Shown: positions 38,118-48,487, numbered from the stretch's first letter. The stretch is 64,000 nucleotides of DNA from Nitrospinales bacterium (GCA_965223345.1 CBDCWG010000012.1:1408001-1472000); one strand, 5' to 3'. A program made the numbers and translations. The notes: generated from the letters alone by a model not told the origin.

Positions 38118-38139
38118 GTTTTGGCCTCCATACCAAAAC
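38118..38139 (-). promoter_or_regulatory. CsrA-type binding hairpin in the flagellin leader
   Basis: mRNA GUUUUGG-UAUGGAGG-CCAAAAC, with ANGGA in the loop. Confidence 0.65.
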
Positions 38140-38273
38140 AAGCCTCCAAGCTTTAACCCTTGAGTGGAGAATCCCTTTCCCCACCCTGAAACACGCTGTT
38201 TTCTCGCACCTCCTTGTTTTTTAAACCGTTATTAATTCCGGATGGTTTCCGGCACAACTACCCTCAATCAGCC

Positions 38274-38300
38274 CTATCGGAGCGGGCGGGATTAACTTTA
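38274..38300 (-). promoter_or_regulatory. Sigma28 (FliA) promoter
   Basis: TAAA-N15-TCCGATAG. Confidence 0.7.
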
Positions 38301-38687
38301 ACGATTTGTTGGGGTAATTTTCTGGGGCAAACACGAGGGAAAGGCGGGTGTCCGGCGGTCAAAGGCGAGTTGCAGGGGGAATTTCAGGTCTTTTGGAGAG
38401 GTGCGGACGGGTGGGGGAGAGGCGGGATTTCCTGTGAAAAAAGGGACCCAGAAACGCCCCGGCCCGATCCTAAGATCGCGCAGTTTGCGGGGAGAAAGAA
38501 GGCGATGGCTTGAGAAGCGGTCCGGATCGCCCGAAGCGGGCGTTGTTTCTGGGTCCCAAAAAGCGTACGCGGATGCGATCCCGATGGTTCCGATTTTGAG
38601 GAAGAGTGATGAATGCGCGTTGTGTGTGTCGCATGAGGATCGCCCTGAGACCGGGGTCCGGAAGCCGGACCCCGGTCTGCAAGAGAA

Positions 38688-39545
38688 TCAGCCCAGGAGC
38701 TGGAGGACCGACTGTGGCAACAGGTTCGCCTGTCCCACCGCGGAGGTTGCGGTCTGCACCAGGATCTGGTTTCGCGTCAGCGTGGCGACTTCTTCCGCGA
38801 TGTCCGCATCGCGGATGGCGGATTCGGCGGCCTGCAGGTTTTCCACGGAAATCGACAGGTTGCCGATGGTGCGCACCAGCCGGTTCTGCACCGCACCGAT
38901 GGCGCCGCGGGACGCGGTGACCTGAGCGATGGCGGTGTTGATGGTGTCCAGGGTGGTCAGCGCGTTGCCCGCTGTCGTCACGCTCAAAACGTCGATGCCC
39001 AGGCTTGTGGACGTGACGGCAGACAGGTTCACTTCGGTGTTCAGGTTGATGCGGCTGTCGGAGGTGCTGTCGATGCCGACCTGAATGAGGATCTGGTTCG
39101 CGGAAGAGACCGACGAAGCGAGAGAGCCGTCAACCAGCTTCTGGCCGTTGAATTCCGTGGTGGCCGCGATGCGGTCGATTTCCTTTCTGAGCGCGGAGAA
39201 CTCAAGCTGGATGGTGGCGCGCTCGGTGGAACCGACGGTGCCGGTGGCGGCCTGGGAGGCGAGTTCCCGCAGGCGGATGAGGATGCCGGACTGCTCGTTG
39301 AGCGCACCTTCCGCCACGTTGATGAGCGAGATGCCGTCGTTGGCGTTTCTGACTCCCTGCCGCAGGGCGCGGATATCGGAACGGAGTGCTTCAGAGATGG
39401 CGAGACCGGCGGCGTCGTCGGCGCCGCGGTTGATGCGGATACCGGATGCGATGCGTTCGACCGATTGCGCGAGGCGGTCGTTGTTGATACCCAGAATCCT
39501 CTGGGCATTGAGCGAAGCGATGTTGTTGAAGATTCGAATTGGCAT
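38688..39545 (-). CDS. fliC: Flagellin
   Basis: Conserved flagellin domains. Confidence 0.96.
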   Translation of the reverse strand: MPIRIFNNIASLNAQRILGINNDRLAQSVERIASGIRINRGADDAAGLAISEALRSDIRALRQGVRNANDGISLINVAEGALNEQSGILIRLRELASQAATGTVGSTERATIQLEFSALRKEIDRIAATTEFNGQKLVDGSLASSVSSANQILIQVGIDSTSDSRINLNTEVNLSAVTSTSLGIDVLSVTTAGNALTTLDTINTAIAQVTASRGAIGAVQNRLVRTIGNLSISVENLQAAESAIRDADIAEEVATLTRNQILVQTATSAVGQANLLPQSVLQLLG

Positions 39546-39750
39546 TCCCCTAATCCTCCACCAAGAGTTGGAAACGTGTTGACGATAATATTGTTAAAAG
39601 AGTGTTGCGTGCCCCCGAGGTCTTTGTTTATCGTGGCCGGCCTCAGTTTCCACGCAAAAATCCTTAAGCTTTTTTTTTAAATGCCGTTCTAGTCAGCGAG
39701 TTTGTTTATGGAAAGCATTGAAAATTAAAAACTTTCCAACTTAATTTTGC

Positions 39751-39777
39751 TTATCGGCAGGCAGAATTAGAACTTTA
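39751..39777 (-). promoter_or_regulatory. Sigma28 (FliA) promoter, consensus match
   Basis: TAAA-N15-GCCGATAA upstream of the first flagellin. Confidence 0.85.
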
Positions 39778-39802
39778 ATGTAAATCTAAGATTTTGTTGC
39801 GA

Positions 39803-40537
39803 TTAGCGCCGCCAGTCTTTCTGCTCGATGTGGGCGTTGGAGTTTGCAAGTTCGGGGTGGCGTTTCAAGTGGGCGAGCACAGCCGGCAGATCGACGGTGG
39901 TTTGTTGCGGATCGTAGAACAGGGCGTGGATTTTCTGCATGAGGGCGACGTCTTCCTGCGTGTCCACGGTCAAGCGGAACGGCTGATCCTTGAGATACGC
40001 GGGCGCAGGTAGATGGGCGATGCGGAAGGCGTCGGGATGGTCTTTGAAATAAGTGGTGACGTGTTCCCGGTGCGCGGGCAGATCGCTCAGTTCAGATATG
40101 CGCTCAAGCGCAGCCATGCGCACGACCTCGGTGCCGGTGCCCAGCGGGATCGCGTCGGGCGTGATTGTGTGATCGGCTTTGCTTTTAAAATGCAGCTCTA
40201 GCAACGATTGCAGGAGAATCGGGTCGAACAGGGGATTGTCCGCGCACACGCGCACCAGGTGCTGCGCGTTCACCGATCGTCCCGCATCGAGAAAGCGCTG
40301 CAGCACGTCTTCCTCGGGACCCTGGATAAAGCCGACGCCGGTTTTTTCCGCGGTTGCGGCCAGAGGGGCGTCGTTCGCGCCTTCGGGGACGGCGAGCACG
40401 ATGGCATCGATCCCGTTCACACCCTGAAGCCGTTTGATGATATGCTCCAGCATCGGAACGCCCGCCAGCGGGGTCAGCACTTTACCCGGACAGCGGGTGG
40501 AGCCCATTCGAGCCTGGATGACGGCGGCGGTGGTCAT
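39803..40537 (-). CDS. Cytidylyltransferase family protein (SpsF/NeuA-like)
   Basis: VIQARMGSTRCPGKVL, G.EEDVLQRF, VRVCADNP, REHVT, RLTVDT.ED. Confidence 0.9.
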   Translation of the reverse strand: MTTAAVIQARMGSTRCPGKVLTPLAGVPMLEHIIKRLQGVNGIDAIVLAVPEGANDAPLAATAEKTGVGFIQGPEEDVLQRFLDAGRSVNAQHLVRVCADNPLFDPILLQSLLELHFKSKADHTITPDAIPLGTGTEVVRMAALERISELSDLPAHREHVTTYFKDHPDAFRIAHLPAPAYLKDQPFRLTVDTQEDVALMQKIHALFYDPQQTTVDLPAVLAHLKRHPELANSNAHIEQKDWRR

Positions 40538-40599
40538 GGCGTTCCTCAAAGCACTGTTAGAAAAACGCAACCATTGTAGCGATTCGATTTGAAATTGTA

Positions 40600-41529
40600 A
40601 TGGCGAATTCTTCCCGTCTCAAACAGCCCGCCCGCCTTAAAAAAGGCGACACGGTGGGCGTGGTGGCGCCGGCCGGACCGGTGGAACCCGATCTTCTGGA
40701 AAAGGGGATGCAGGTGCTCAAGCGCATGGGGTACACGCCGCTGCCCGGAAAGCACCTGCTTGCAAGACGGCGTTACCTTGCCGGGGAAGACGCGGCGCGT
40801 GCGGAAGATCTGATGGCCATGTTTGCAAATCCGGACGTGCGCGGCATCGTCTGCGCCCGCGGCGGCTACGGCGTCAACCGCATCCTGCCTTTGCTCGATG
40901 CCAAGGTCATCCGCAAAAACCCGAAAATCGTGGTGGGGGCCAGCGACTGCACGCTGCTGTTGCTGTATCTGCTGCAGAAATGCGGGCTCGTGGCCTTTCA
41001 CGGGCCCATGGTGGCGGGCAATTTCGGCGCGCACCCGATGCCGAAGACCAAAGGGCAGTTTCAGGATCTTTTGAGCGGCAAAGCGGCGGCGAAGAAACTG
41101 GCTTTTTCCAAGGGCCGGGTGCTGGTTTCCGGTTCGGCCTCGGCCCCGGTGACGGGGGGATGCCTCACGCTGTTATGCCGGTCGCTCAAAACACCCCACG
41201 AGATCCAGACCAAAAACCGCATTCTCCTGATCGAGGATGTGAACGAACCGCCCTACAGGATCGACGGCATGTTGTGGCAGCTCAGGGAGGCGGGAAAGTT
41301 TCGCGACTTGTCGGGCGTCGTGCTCGGCGAGATGGTGGGCTGCGCGCCTTCCCCCAAAACCCGGCGCTGGATGGAAGAGGGGTTTTTAGAGGTGTTCGAG
41401 GGCATCGCGGGTCCGGTGGTCTGGAACGCGCCGATCGGACATGGAACCGAGATGTGGACGGTGCCACTCGGTGTGCAAGCCAGACTCACGGACACAGAAC
41501 TGAAACTTTCGCATTGCGGTGTTGCCTGA
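40600..41529 (+). CDS. LD-carboxypeptidase (peptidase S66)
   Basis: LKKGDTVGVVAPA, ARGGYG, VGASDCT, FHGPM, IEDVNE..Y.IDGML, PIGHG. Confidence 0.92.
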   Translation: MANSSRLKQPARLKKGDTVGVVAPAGPVEPDLLEKGMQVLKRMGYTPLPGKHLLARRRYLAGEDAARAEDLMAMFANPDVRGIVCARGGYGVNRILPLLDAKVIRKNPKIVVGASDCTLLLLYLLQKCGLVAFHGPMVAGNFGAHPMPKTKGQFQDLLSGKAAAKKLAFSKGRVLVSGSASAPVTGGCLTLLCRSLKTPHEIQTKNRILLIEDVNEPPYRIDGMLWQLREAGKFRDLSGVVLGEMVGCAPSPKTRRWMEEGFLEVFEGIAGPVVWNAPIGHGTEMWTVPLGVQARLTDTELKLSHCGVA

Positions 41530-41601
41530 AGTCCGGTTCAGGTAAAACCTTAAGCGATGGGGTGAAATCTTTTTAGATGGAAGCGTTTGCCGCTGCGGGA
41601 T

Positions 41602-42438
41602 TCAGATGCGCACCACGATGTTGCGGGATTTGAGATAGGTTTTGGTTTCCGCGATGGTGAATTCCTTGAAATGGAAAATCGAAGCCGCGAGCACCGCGTC
41701 GGCCTTGCCCTCGACGAGGGCCTCGCGCAAATGTTCCAGCGTGCCGGCGCCGCCGGAAGCGATGACCGGCACGGTGACCGCTTCGGAAAGCGTGCGGTTT
41801 AAGGCCAGGTCGTAGCCCGACTTGGTGCCGTCCTTGTCCATGCTGGTCAACAGGATCTCACCCGCGCCGTAGGTTTCCATCTGTTTCGCCCACCTCTCCG
41901 CATGGATTCCCGTCGGGTTGCGCCCTCCGTGGGTGAACACCTGCCAGGCGGGCAGGGTGTCGCCTTGCTGGAAAAACAGTTCCGGATGCCGGTCGTGCCA
42001 GGGAAAGGGCGTGTCCGGAAGCTTGGGCACGCCGGAAACCTCTTTGGCGTCGATGGCCACGACGATGCACTGGCTGCCGAACTTCCGGGCGGCTTCGCCG
42101 ACGAAATCGGGGTCGTGCACGGCGGCGGTATTGATGGCGACTTTGTCGGCGCCGGCCTTGAGGAGATTGCGGATGTCGTCGAGCGTGCGCACGCCGCCGC
42201 CGACGGTGAGCGGCATGAACACCTTTTCCGCCGTGTGCCGCACGACGTCGAGGATGATGTCGCGCTTTTCGTGCGAGGCGGTGATGTCGAGAAAGGTCAG
42301 CTCGTCGGCGCCCTCGGCTTCATAGGCGGCGGCGATCTCCACCGGGTCGCCGGCGTCGCGCAGGTTGACGAAATTGACGCCCTTGACCACCCGGCCGTCC
42401 TTCACGTCGAGGCAGGGGATGATTCGTTTAGCCAGCAT
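41602..42438 (-). CDS. hisF: Imidazole glycerol phosphate synthase cyclase subunit
   Basis: [52 protein letters not shown]. Confidence 0.97.
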   Translation of the reverse strand: MLAKRIIPCLDVKDGRVVKGVNFVNLRDAGDPVEIAAAYEAEGADELTFLDITASHEKRDIILDVVRHTAEKVFMPLTVGGGVRTLDDIRNLLKAGADKVAINTAAVHDPDFVGEAARKFGSQCIVVAIDAKEVSGVPKLPDTPFPWHDRHPELFFQQGDTLPAWQVFTHGGRNPTGIHAERWAKQMETYGAGEILLTSMDKDGTKSGYDLALNRTLSEAVTVPVIASGGAGTLEHLREALVEGKADAVLAASIFHFKEFTIAETKTYLKSRNIVVRI

Positions 42439-43162
42439 CGCTTTCGACCAGTTTCCGCGCTTCTCGAAAGGAAATGCTTTTATCGTAAAGGGCTTTGCCG
42501 GTTATGACGCCGATGACGCCCAAGGATTCGAGTTCGATCAGGTCGTGGATGTCCTTGAGCGTGCCGACGCCGCCGGAGGCGATGACGGGAAGCGATGTGG
42601 ACTCGGCGAAAGCGCGGATGCTTTCCAGATTGGGGCCTTCGAGCATGCCGTCGCGGCCGATGTCGGTGAAGATGAATTCGGAGATGCCGAGTGGCTGCAT
42701 GCGCGCGGCCAGCTCGCTGGCTTTTTCGCCGGAGACCTCGACCCAGCCTTTGACCGCCACATAACCGCCCTTGGCGTCGATGCCCACGGTGATCTTGCCC
42801 GGAAAGCGTTTGCAGGCCTGTTCCACAAACTGCGGGTCTTTCTGCGCCACGGTGCCGAGGATGACCCGGTACGCGCCGGCGTTCACGTAGGTTTCGATCG
42901 CTTGCAGGGTGCGTATGCCGCCGCCGACCTGGATGTCCACGGAGCTGTTGTAGATGATGTTCTTCACCAGCTCGGCGTTTTTGGGCAGGCCGTCGAACGC
43001 GCCGTCCAGATCCACCACGTGGATGAGCCGGGCCCCTTCTTCGTCCCAGTGGCCCGCGACGGCGAGGGGGTCCTCGGAGTAAACCGTTTCCTGGTCGGCC
43101 TTGCCCTGAGTCAGACGGACGCATTTGCCGTTTTTGATGTCTACTGCAGGAATGATCTTCAT
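42428..43162 (-). CDS. hisA: ProFAR isomerase
   Basis: [50 protein letters not shown]. Confidence 0.96.
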   Translation of the reverse strand: MKIIPAVDIKNGKCVRLTQGKADQETVYSEDPLAVAGHWDEEGARLIHVVDLDGAFDGLPKNAELVKNIIYNSSVDIQVGGGIRTLQAIETYVNAGAYRVILGTVAQKDPQFVEQACKRFPGKITVGIDAKGGYVAVKGWVEVSGEKASELAARMQPLGISEFIFTDIGRDGMLEGPNLESIRAFAESTSLPVIASGGVGTLKDIHDLIELESLGVIGVITGKALYDKSISFREARKLVESDAG

Positions 43163-43412
43163 GTTTCCTTCCAAAAGGCTGTGGATGGGCACCCGGCGGG
43201 TCGCGACAATTCTAGCAGATCGGGGCGCGATTCTCTAATTAGGATGTTTTTTTACAATCCCCTCGGCAAAGCGGGGGCGGCGGGCTTCGGCGCGGAGATA
43301 AGGGGTTTACTCGCTCGGGGGGAGTTTATATAATCTCCCCGGTTTGCGGGCTGAACCGTATCCGGATGCATCCTTTCTTGCCTTTTTTCCACCTCGTCTC
43401 GGATGGGCGCGT

Positions 43413-44618
43413 TTGTCGATCCTCTCAAATCCCACTCTCAAGCAGCGTCTCCTGCCGGTTCTGGACCGGACGATCGCCGTCTGCCTGATGGTGTTTGCGG
43501 TGTTTTCGCTGTTTTCGATCAGCATCACGCAGATCGCATTCGCGCTGGGGACCCTGGCCTGGTTGATCAAAACCGGCCTCACCAGCAGCTGGAAACAGGT
43601 GCGGCTGCCCTTGTGGATGCCGTTTGCGGCGTATTGCCTGGCGGCGGTCCTCGCGGTGATTCTGGCGTTCGATCCCGGCTACAGCGTGAAATCGCTCAAG
43701 AAACTGCTGCAGATCCTGATCTTTTTCTGGGCGGTCAACAGCATCCGCGACGCCAAACAGCGGGATTTTCTCGTCCTGCTTTTGCTCGCTTCCGCCTCGG
43801 CGGCGGCGCTATACGGGTTTTACCAGTCGCTGATGACGGAAGTGACGCTGGCCACCCGGGTCGAGGGTACCATGAGCATCTACATGACGTTTGCGGGACT
43901 GCTCATGCTCACGGGCCTGCTGGCGGCCGGGCGGCTGCTGTTTCGCGAGCCGCGCGAGCCCTGGCTGTTTGCGGCGGTGGCGGTGATCGGCGTCTGCCTG
44001 CTGCTCACGCTGACCCGACAGGCCTGGCTGGGTTTTTTCACCGGCGCGGTGTTGCTGCTGTTTTTCTGGCGGCGCGTCTGGCTCTGGGCGATTCCGGTGG
44101 TCTTGGTGCTGGCGTTTTTGTTCTCGCCGCCGGCGGTGAAGCAGCGCATTCTCTCGATGACCGACCTTTCGGACTGGACGGTGCAGTCGCGGCTGGCTCT
44201 GTGGCGCGGAGGGGTGCAGGTGCTGAAGGATTATCCGGTCACCGGCTGTGGATTCCGCTGCATGGATCTGGTGCATAAAAACTACCCGGATCCGACGGGC
44301 TACATCGCGAAATACCGGGGCATGCACAACAACGTGGCGCAGGTGGCGGTGGACACCGGGTTGCTGGGTCTGGGCGCGTGGGTCAGTATCTGGGTGGTGT
44401 ACTTCTGGCAGCTGTTCAGGCGGTACCGGGACGGCGTGTTCGCAGCCAGGGAGCGATGGGTGGTGTTCGGCAGCGCCGCGGCGGTGGCGGGATTTCTGGC
44501 GGGCGGGCTGTTTGAGGTGAATTTCTACGATTCGGAAGTGGTGATGGTGCTGTATTTCATCCTGGCGCTGCCGTTTGCGGCGGTTTCCCAAGCGGAAACC
44601 GAAAAAGCGCCTGCGTGA
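43413..44618 (+). CDS. O-antigen ligase (Wzy_C) family membrane protein
   Basis: Multi-TM; T.TRQAWLG, R..LW..G....KDYPVTG.G, MHNN..QV..DTGLLG; start uncertain. Confidence 0.85.
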   Translation: MSILSNPTLKQRLLPVLDRTIAVCLMVFAVFSLFSISITQIAFALGTLAWLIKTGLTSSWKQVRLPLWMPFAAYCLAAVLAVILAFDPGYSVKSLKKLLQILIFFWAVNSIRDAKQRDFLVLLLLASASAAALYGFYQSLMTEVTLATRVEGTMSIYMTFAGLLMLTGLLAAGRLLFREPREPWLFAAVAVIGVCLLLTLTRQAWLGFFTGAVLLLFFWRRVWLWAIPVVLVLAFLFSPPAVKQRILSMTDLSDWTVQSRLALWRGGVQVLKDYPVTGCGFRCMDLVHKNYPDPTGYIAKYRGMHNNVAQVAVDTGLLGLGAWVSIWVVYFWQLFRRYRDGVFAARERWVVFGSAAAVAGFLAGGLFEVNFYDSEVVMVLYFILALPFAAVSQAETEKAPA

Positions 44619-44627
44619 TCGAAGCGG

Positions 44628-44885
44628 TCAGGAGGTTTTGCGTTTGGGCTTGGTGGAGCCGAAACGCTCGAAAAACTTCGGGTGCTTTCTCAGCTTTTCC
44701 TTGGCAAGGGCCACTTCTTTGCGGATGGCTTCCGCATCGTCGCCGGGGAGGCCGGGGTGCTCGAAATTCCCGAAAACCAGGGGTTGGGAGAGAGGGCGTT
44801 TGCTGTGCAGGGTCTGCATGTCGGATTTCTCCTGTTTTTTGAGGCTCTTTCGCTTCGTCGTTTTCAGCTTTGCCTGGGTTTTCAA
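44628..44885 (-). CDS. Small basic hypothetical protein
   Basis: 85-aa Lys-rich ORF filling the gap between genes; start uncertain. Confidence 0.5.
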   Translation of the reverse strand: MKTQAKLKTTKRKSLKKQEKSDMQTLHSKRPLSQPLVFGNFEHPGLPGDDAEAIRKEVALAKEKLRKHPKFFERFGSTKPKRKTS

Positions 44886-45138
44886 AAAAAAGCCCCGAAC
44901 TCACGCGGTTTGAAACTTTCCTTTGTTTACTATTACTTATCGAGTTTTTTTCAAAATCACTTGACCTTTTTTTTCATTCCCGGGGCTCCGATTTGTGTTA
45001 ACCGTTGATATTTTGCCATTTATGGATAAAATCGGGGGCGACATCGCTTCGCCGCACCACTATTCCTGTAACTCCAACTATATAAAGACTTATGCTGTTT
45101 GAGCCGCCATTTGGGACCGCCATTGTGACGATCCGGCC

Positions 45139-45666
45139 ATGAAAGTGACTGCAACCGCCATCGAGGGGGTTCTGATCATCGAGCCTGAAGTGTATTCCGA
45201 CTCGCGCGGGCTGTTTTTCGAAAGTTATGTGCGGAAACACTACGCCGCGCACGGGATCGACGACGAATTCGTGCAGGACAACCACTCGGTCTCGCGAAAG
45301 GGGGCGCTGCGCGGGCTTCACTACCAGGAAAACCCCGGCCAAGCCAAACTCGTGCGCGTGGGCCAGGGGGAGGTGTTCGATGTGGCGGTGGATGTGCGGC
45401 CGGGTTCCCCGACTTTCGGCCGCTGGGTGGGGACGCGGCTTTCCGGGAGCAACCAGCTGCAGATGTACATCCCGGCGGGATTCGCGCACGGTTTTTGCGT
45501 TTTGAGCGACAGCGCGCAGTTTCTGTACAAATGCTCGGATTATTATTCCCCGGAGCGCGAGCGCGGCGTCCTGTGGAACGACCCGGACATCGGCATCGAA
45601 TGGCCGGTCGCCGACCCCATCCTCTCCGAAAAAGACAAAAACCTGCCGCGTCTCAAGGACCTGTAA
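45139..45666 (+). CDS. rfbC: dTDP-4-dehydrorhamnose 3,5-epimerase
   Basis: D.RG.FFE, FVQDNHS.S..G.LRGLHYQ, QAKLVRV..GEVFDVAVD.R..SPTFG.W, GFAHGF, YKC. Confidence 0.96.
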   Translation: MKVTATAIEGVLIIEPEVYSDSRGLFFESYVRKHYAAHGIDDEFVQDNHSVSRKGALRGLHYQENPGQAKLVRVGQGEVFDVAVDVRPGSPTFGRWVGTRLSGSNQLQMYIPAGFAHGFCVLSDSAQFLYKCSDYYSPERERGVLWNDPDIGIEWPVADPILSEKDKNLPRLKDL

Positions 45667-45833
45667 CCCCGGGCCGATTGGGGAGCCGATTCTGCGCCGG
45701 CGCGTTTTTTCCGCGAAAATCCTTTTGCACGCGGTTTTCGCAATCCGCTCGAAATCCCGCGTTTTCTTTTAAAATCAACCAGCTAAACCGTGAGAGCATA
45801 AGGTGTTGCGGGAGCGCGCGGCCTTTTTTCCCT

Positions 45834-45860
45834 TAATGTTTGTCACCACAATGCCGATAA
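45834..45860 (+). promoter_or_regulatory. Sigma28-like promoter
   Basis: TAAT-N15-GCCGATAA about 50 bp upstream of ATG 45911. Confidence 0.7.
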
Positions 45861-45910
45861 ATTTTGTAGTAGGGATCTTGTGATGGCAACCTGAAAAGGC
45901 AAAACGGATC

Positions 45911-46684
45911 ATGGCGATTCCTGAATTGATACCTTCCAGCTCTATCCTCTCGCGGCGAAGTTTCGCCTCCGCCATCGACGTTGCCTTCACGACCGGCCTG
46001 AGCCTCAAAACGGAAGAAGGGGATCTGGTCAATCTTTCCTTCGAAAGCCAGAACTCGCTGGCCCAATCCGAAACCGAAACCAAATATGCCGATGGCGACG
46101 CCGTGCAGGAATTTTCCTCGGTTGCGGTGGCCGCTTATCGTTATTCGTTGTCCGTGCAAGGCGATTTGAACCAGGAAGAGCTGGATGCGATCCAGAGCTT
46201 GGTCCGGGAGATCGCGCCCATCGCGCGGCAGTTCTTCGCGCGTGCGGAATTCGATTTGGAGAAAGCATCCGAAGCGCTGTCCGGTTCTTTGGGTGTGATC
46301 GAAGAGGTGGAGCTCGCGCTGGAGCGGGTGATCACCACGACCTTCTCCGCCCGCAGTGTTTCCAATGGCGATTCCGGACTGGAAAACCTGCCCCCGCTTC
46401 CCGCCCCGCAGGCTGTGGAGGCTGAGATCGATCCGGCGCAGATCCGCGACCTGCCTTCGCTGGTCCTGGCTTCTGTGGCGTCCGAATTTGAAGCGCAGGC
46501 GGCGCAATTGCCGCCCAAGGCGCCCATCTTGAGATCGCTGAACGATCTGATGAGTTTCCTGCGCGATCAGCTGGTGCAGTTTCTGGCCCCCTTGAAGCAT
46601 TTCTCAGAGCCCGCAGCCGAAACCGTTCCGCAGAGCGAGCTTCCCGGTTCCTCCGAACAGGAGAACCTGGAGCCTCAGTCCTGA
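45911..46684 (+). CDS. Hypothetical protein, probably in the flagellar regulon
   Basis: LSLKTEEGDLVNLSF and YSLSVQGDLNQEELDAI motifs; preceded by a sigma28-like promoter. Confidence 0.75.
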   Translation: MAIPELIPSSSILSRRSFASAIDVAFTTGLSLKTEEGDLVNLSFESQNSLAQSETETKYADGDAVQEFSSVAVAAYRYSLSVQGDLNQEELDAIQSLVREIAPIARQFFARAEFDLEKASEALSGSLGVIEEVELALERVITTTFSARSVSNGDSGLENLPPLPAPQAVEAEIDPAQIRDLPSLVLASVASEFEAQAAQLPPKAPILRSLNDLMSFLRDQLVQFLAPLKHFSEPAAETVPQSELPGSSEQENLEPQS

Positions 46685-46776
46685 TTTTTTTTTACATTTC
46701 CTTAAATTCGATTTGAACGGGCCTCAGGCCTCAAGGTTTCCCGTGCTCGTTGCTTTGGGGGGATGGAAGGGCTGCG

Positions 46777-47535
46777 TCAGGCCATCAACGCGCCGCCGTT
46801 GGGGTCGAAGGTCTGGCCCGTGAAGGCGGTGGTTTCCTCGGCCATCAAAAAGCCGGTCAGCCGCGCCACGTCCGCGGGTTCGGACATCCTGCCGAGCGGC
46901 ACTTCGCTCATGGCTTTCCGGTAGGCTTCCTCTTTGCTGATATCGAACACTTTCGCCATGCCTTCCAGTCCCTGATGCGCCATCGCCGTGTCCACCCAGC
47001 CGGGACAGATGGCGTTGACGAGGATGTCGGCCTGTGCGAGCTCGGCGGCGAACGAGCGCATCAGCCCCAGCAGTCCGGCTTTCGAGGCGCAGTAGCCTGT
47101 GTAGGCGGGAACGCCGAGCCGCGCCAGGATGGAGGACATGAACAGGATGCGCCGGTACGGGCTGGGATCTTTTTTCAGGTAGGGCAGGCATTCCTGCGCC
47201 GTGTAGTAGCTGCCGCTCAGGTTGATGTCGATGATCTCGCCCCAGCGGTCGTCCGTCCCGTAATGGTTTTCTCCGCCCACACCGGCGTTGACCACGACGC
47301 CATACAACGACTCGATGCCGCTCGCGTCCAGGGCCTTGCGTATCTGTTCCGGTTTGCGCACGTCCACGGAGTGGCTGTGGTGGCTTGCGGGGTTGGGCAG
47401 GGATTGTTGCGCGGATTTGAGGCGCGCAAGGTCGCGCCCCATCAGCAGGATGGAAAAACCTTTTTCCGCAAGGTGCTGCGCGATGGCCTCTCCGATGCCG
47501 CTGCCGGCGCCGGTCACAACGATGGTTTTTGACAT
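46777..47535 (-). CDS. Short-chain dehydrogenase/reductase
   Basis: VTGAGSGIG, VNAG, YCASKAG, VNAICPGWVDT. Confidence 0.93.
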   Translation of the reverse strand: MSKTIVVTGAGSGIGEAIAQHLAEKGFSILLMGRDLARLKSAQQSLPNPASHHSHSVDVRKPEQIRKALDASGIESLYGVVVNAGVGGENHYGTDDRWGEIIDINLSGSYYTAQECLPYLKKDPSPYRRILFMSSILARLGVPAYTGYCASKAGLLGLMRSFAAELAQADILVNAICPGWVDTAMAHQGLEGMAKVFDISKEEAYRKAMSEVPLGRMSEPADVARLTGFLMAEETTAFTGQTFDPNGGALMA

Positions 47536-47554
47536 GGTTTTGAGTCCGGTCGGT

Positions 47555-48439
47555 TCAGGTGGATTGGGAACTGAAGCTCTGTGGCGATTTCAGCAGGATG
47601 TTGATGAACTGGGTCAACTGGCGCGATTTTTCCAGTTCCTTGTTCTGATTGTAGATGATGATGAGGTTGTTCATCATGCGCACCAGTGTTTCCCGGTGGG
47701 TGGCCTGGGAAAGGTGGTGTTCCTCGAATTTGTGACCGAAATTTTCCACCCTTTGGATGCAATCCTCGCGGCTGAGTATGCGGCCGGCGTGAAAGGGGTC
47801 GAAAAAGACCGGATCTTTTGGCGCGTTGTATTTGGCGATGTAATGGCCGGGAAGCCCCACCCCGACCAGCGGCAGGCCCAGCCTTTGCGCGATGAGAATG
47901 CACAGGGCGGACAGCGTGATCGGAATGCCGGTTTTGTTTTCGAGCACCTTGTTGAAGTAGGTGTTGTCGGGATCGAGAAAATGCGTCTGGTTGCCGGCGA
48001 ATCCTTTTTCTGCAAACAGAAATCCCGTCACTTTCTGCACCAGCTGCTCGGGCGTGTCTTTGTTTGACAGCCGCGAGGACAACTCGTGTGCCAGCCGGTC
48101 CAGCGCGGTTTTCACCTCGTTGGGGTCGGCGCCGGGGTAGCCGAACTCCATGATGAGCTGCATGCCCTTTTCCAGATCCAGGTCGCCGGACCCGGCGGCC
48201 TGAGAGAGTTCGGTGAATTTTTTGCCGAGCTTGATGGGAAAGATGTCGGCGATGAGTTTGCGGGCGAGCACGCGGATGCCGGGGTTTTCGTCGTTGGCGG
48301 CGATCTCCAGAAACGGCAGCGCGTCTTCCCCGATGTTCAACAGCTGTTCCCGCACTTTGGCGCGCACGAACGCATCCGCATCGTCCATCAGGCGGATCAG
48401 GTTGGATATCTTTTGCTGGTTTTCAGTGTTATCCGTCAT
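47555..48439 (-). CDS. SirB1-like / transglutaminase-like protein with an N-terminal HEAT repeat
   Basis: GFAGN...F.DPDNTYFNKVL..KTGIPITLS, GVGLPGHY, DPFH.G, RMMNNL. Confidence 0.85.
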   Translation of the reverse strand: MTDNTENQQKISNLIRLMDDADAFVRAKVREQLLNIGEDALPFLEIAANDENPGIRVLARKLIADIFPIKLGKKFTELSQAAGSGDLDLEKGMQLIMEFGYPGADPNEVKTALDRLAHELSSRLSNKDTPEQLVQKVTGFLFAEKGFAGNQTHFLDPDNTYFNKVLENKTGIPITLSALCILIAQRLGLPLVGVGLPGHYIAKYNAPKDPVFFDPFHAGRILSREDCIQRVENFGHKFEEHHLSQATHRETLVRMMNNLIIIYNQNKELEKSRQLTQFINILLKSPQSFSSQST

Positions 48440-48445
48440 CGCAAA

Positions 48446-48487
48446 TAAAAAAAACCTGAACGGACTCGGGCCGTCCAGGCTTTTTTG
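48446..48487. terminator. Terminator after the peroxiredoxin gene
   Basis: A tract-CCTGAACGG..CCGTCCAGG-T tract. Confidence 0.6.

Noticed and set aside
38648..38679. Strong hairpin AGACCGGGGTCCGG-aag-CCGGACCCCGGTCT after a flagellin, considered as a mobile repeat
   Set aside because: Single copy directly after a stop codon; more simply an mRNA-stabilising or terminator stem.
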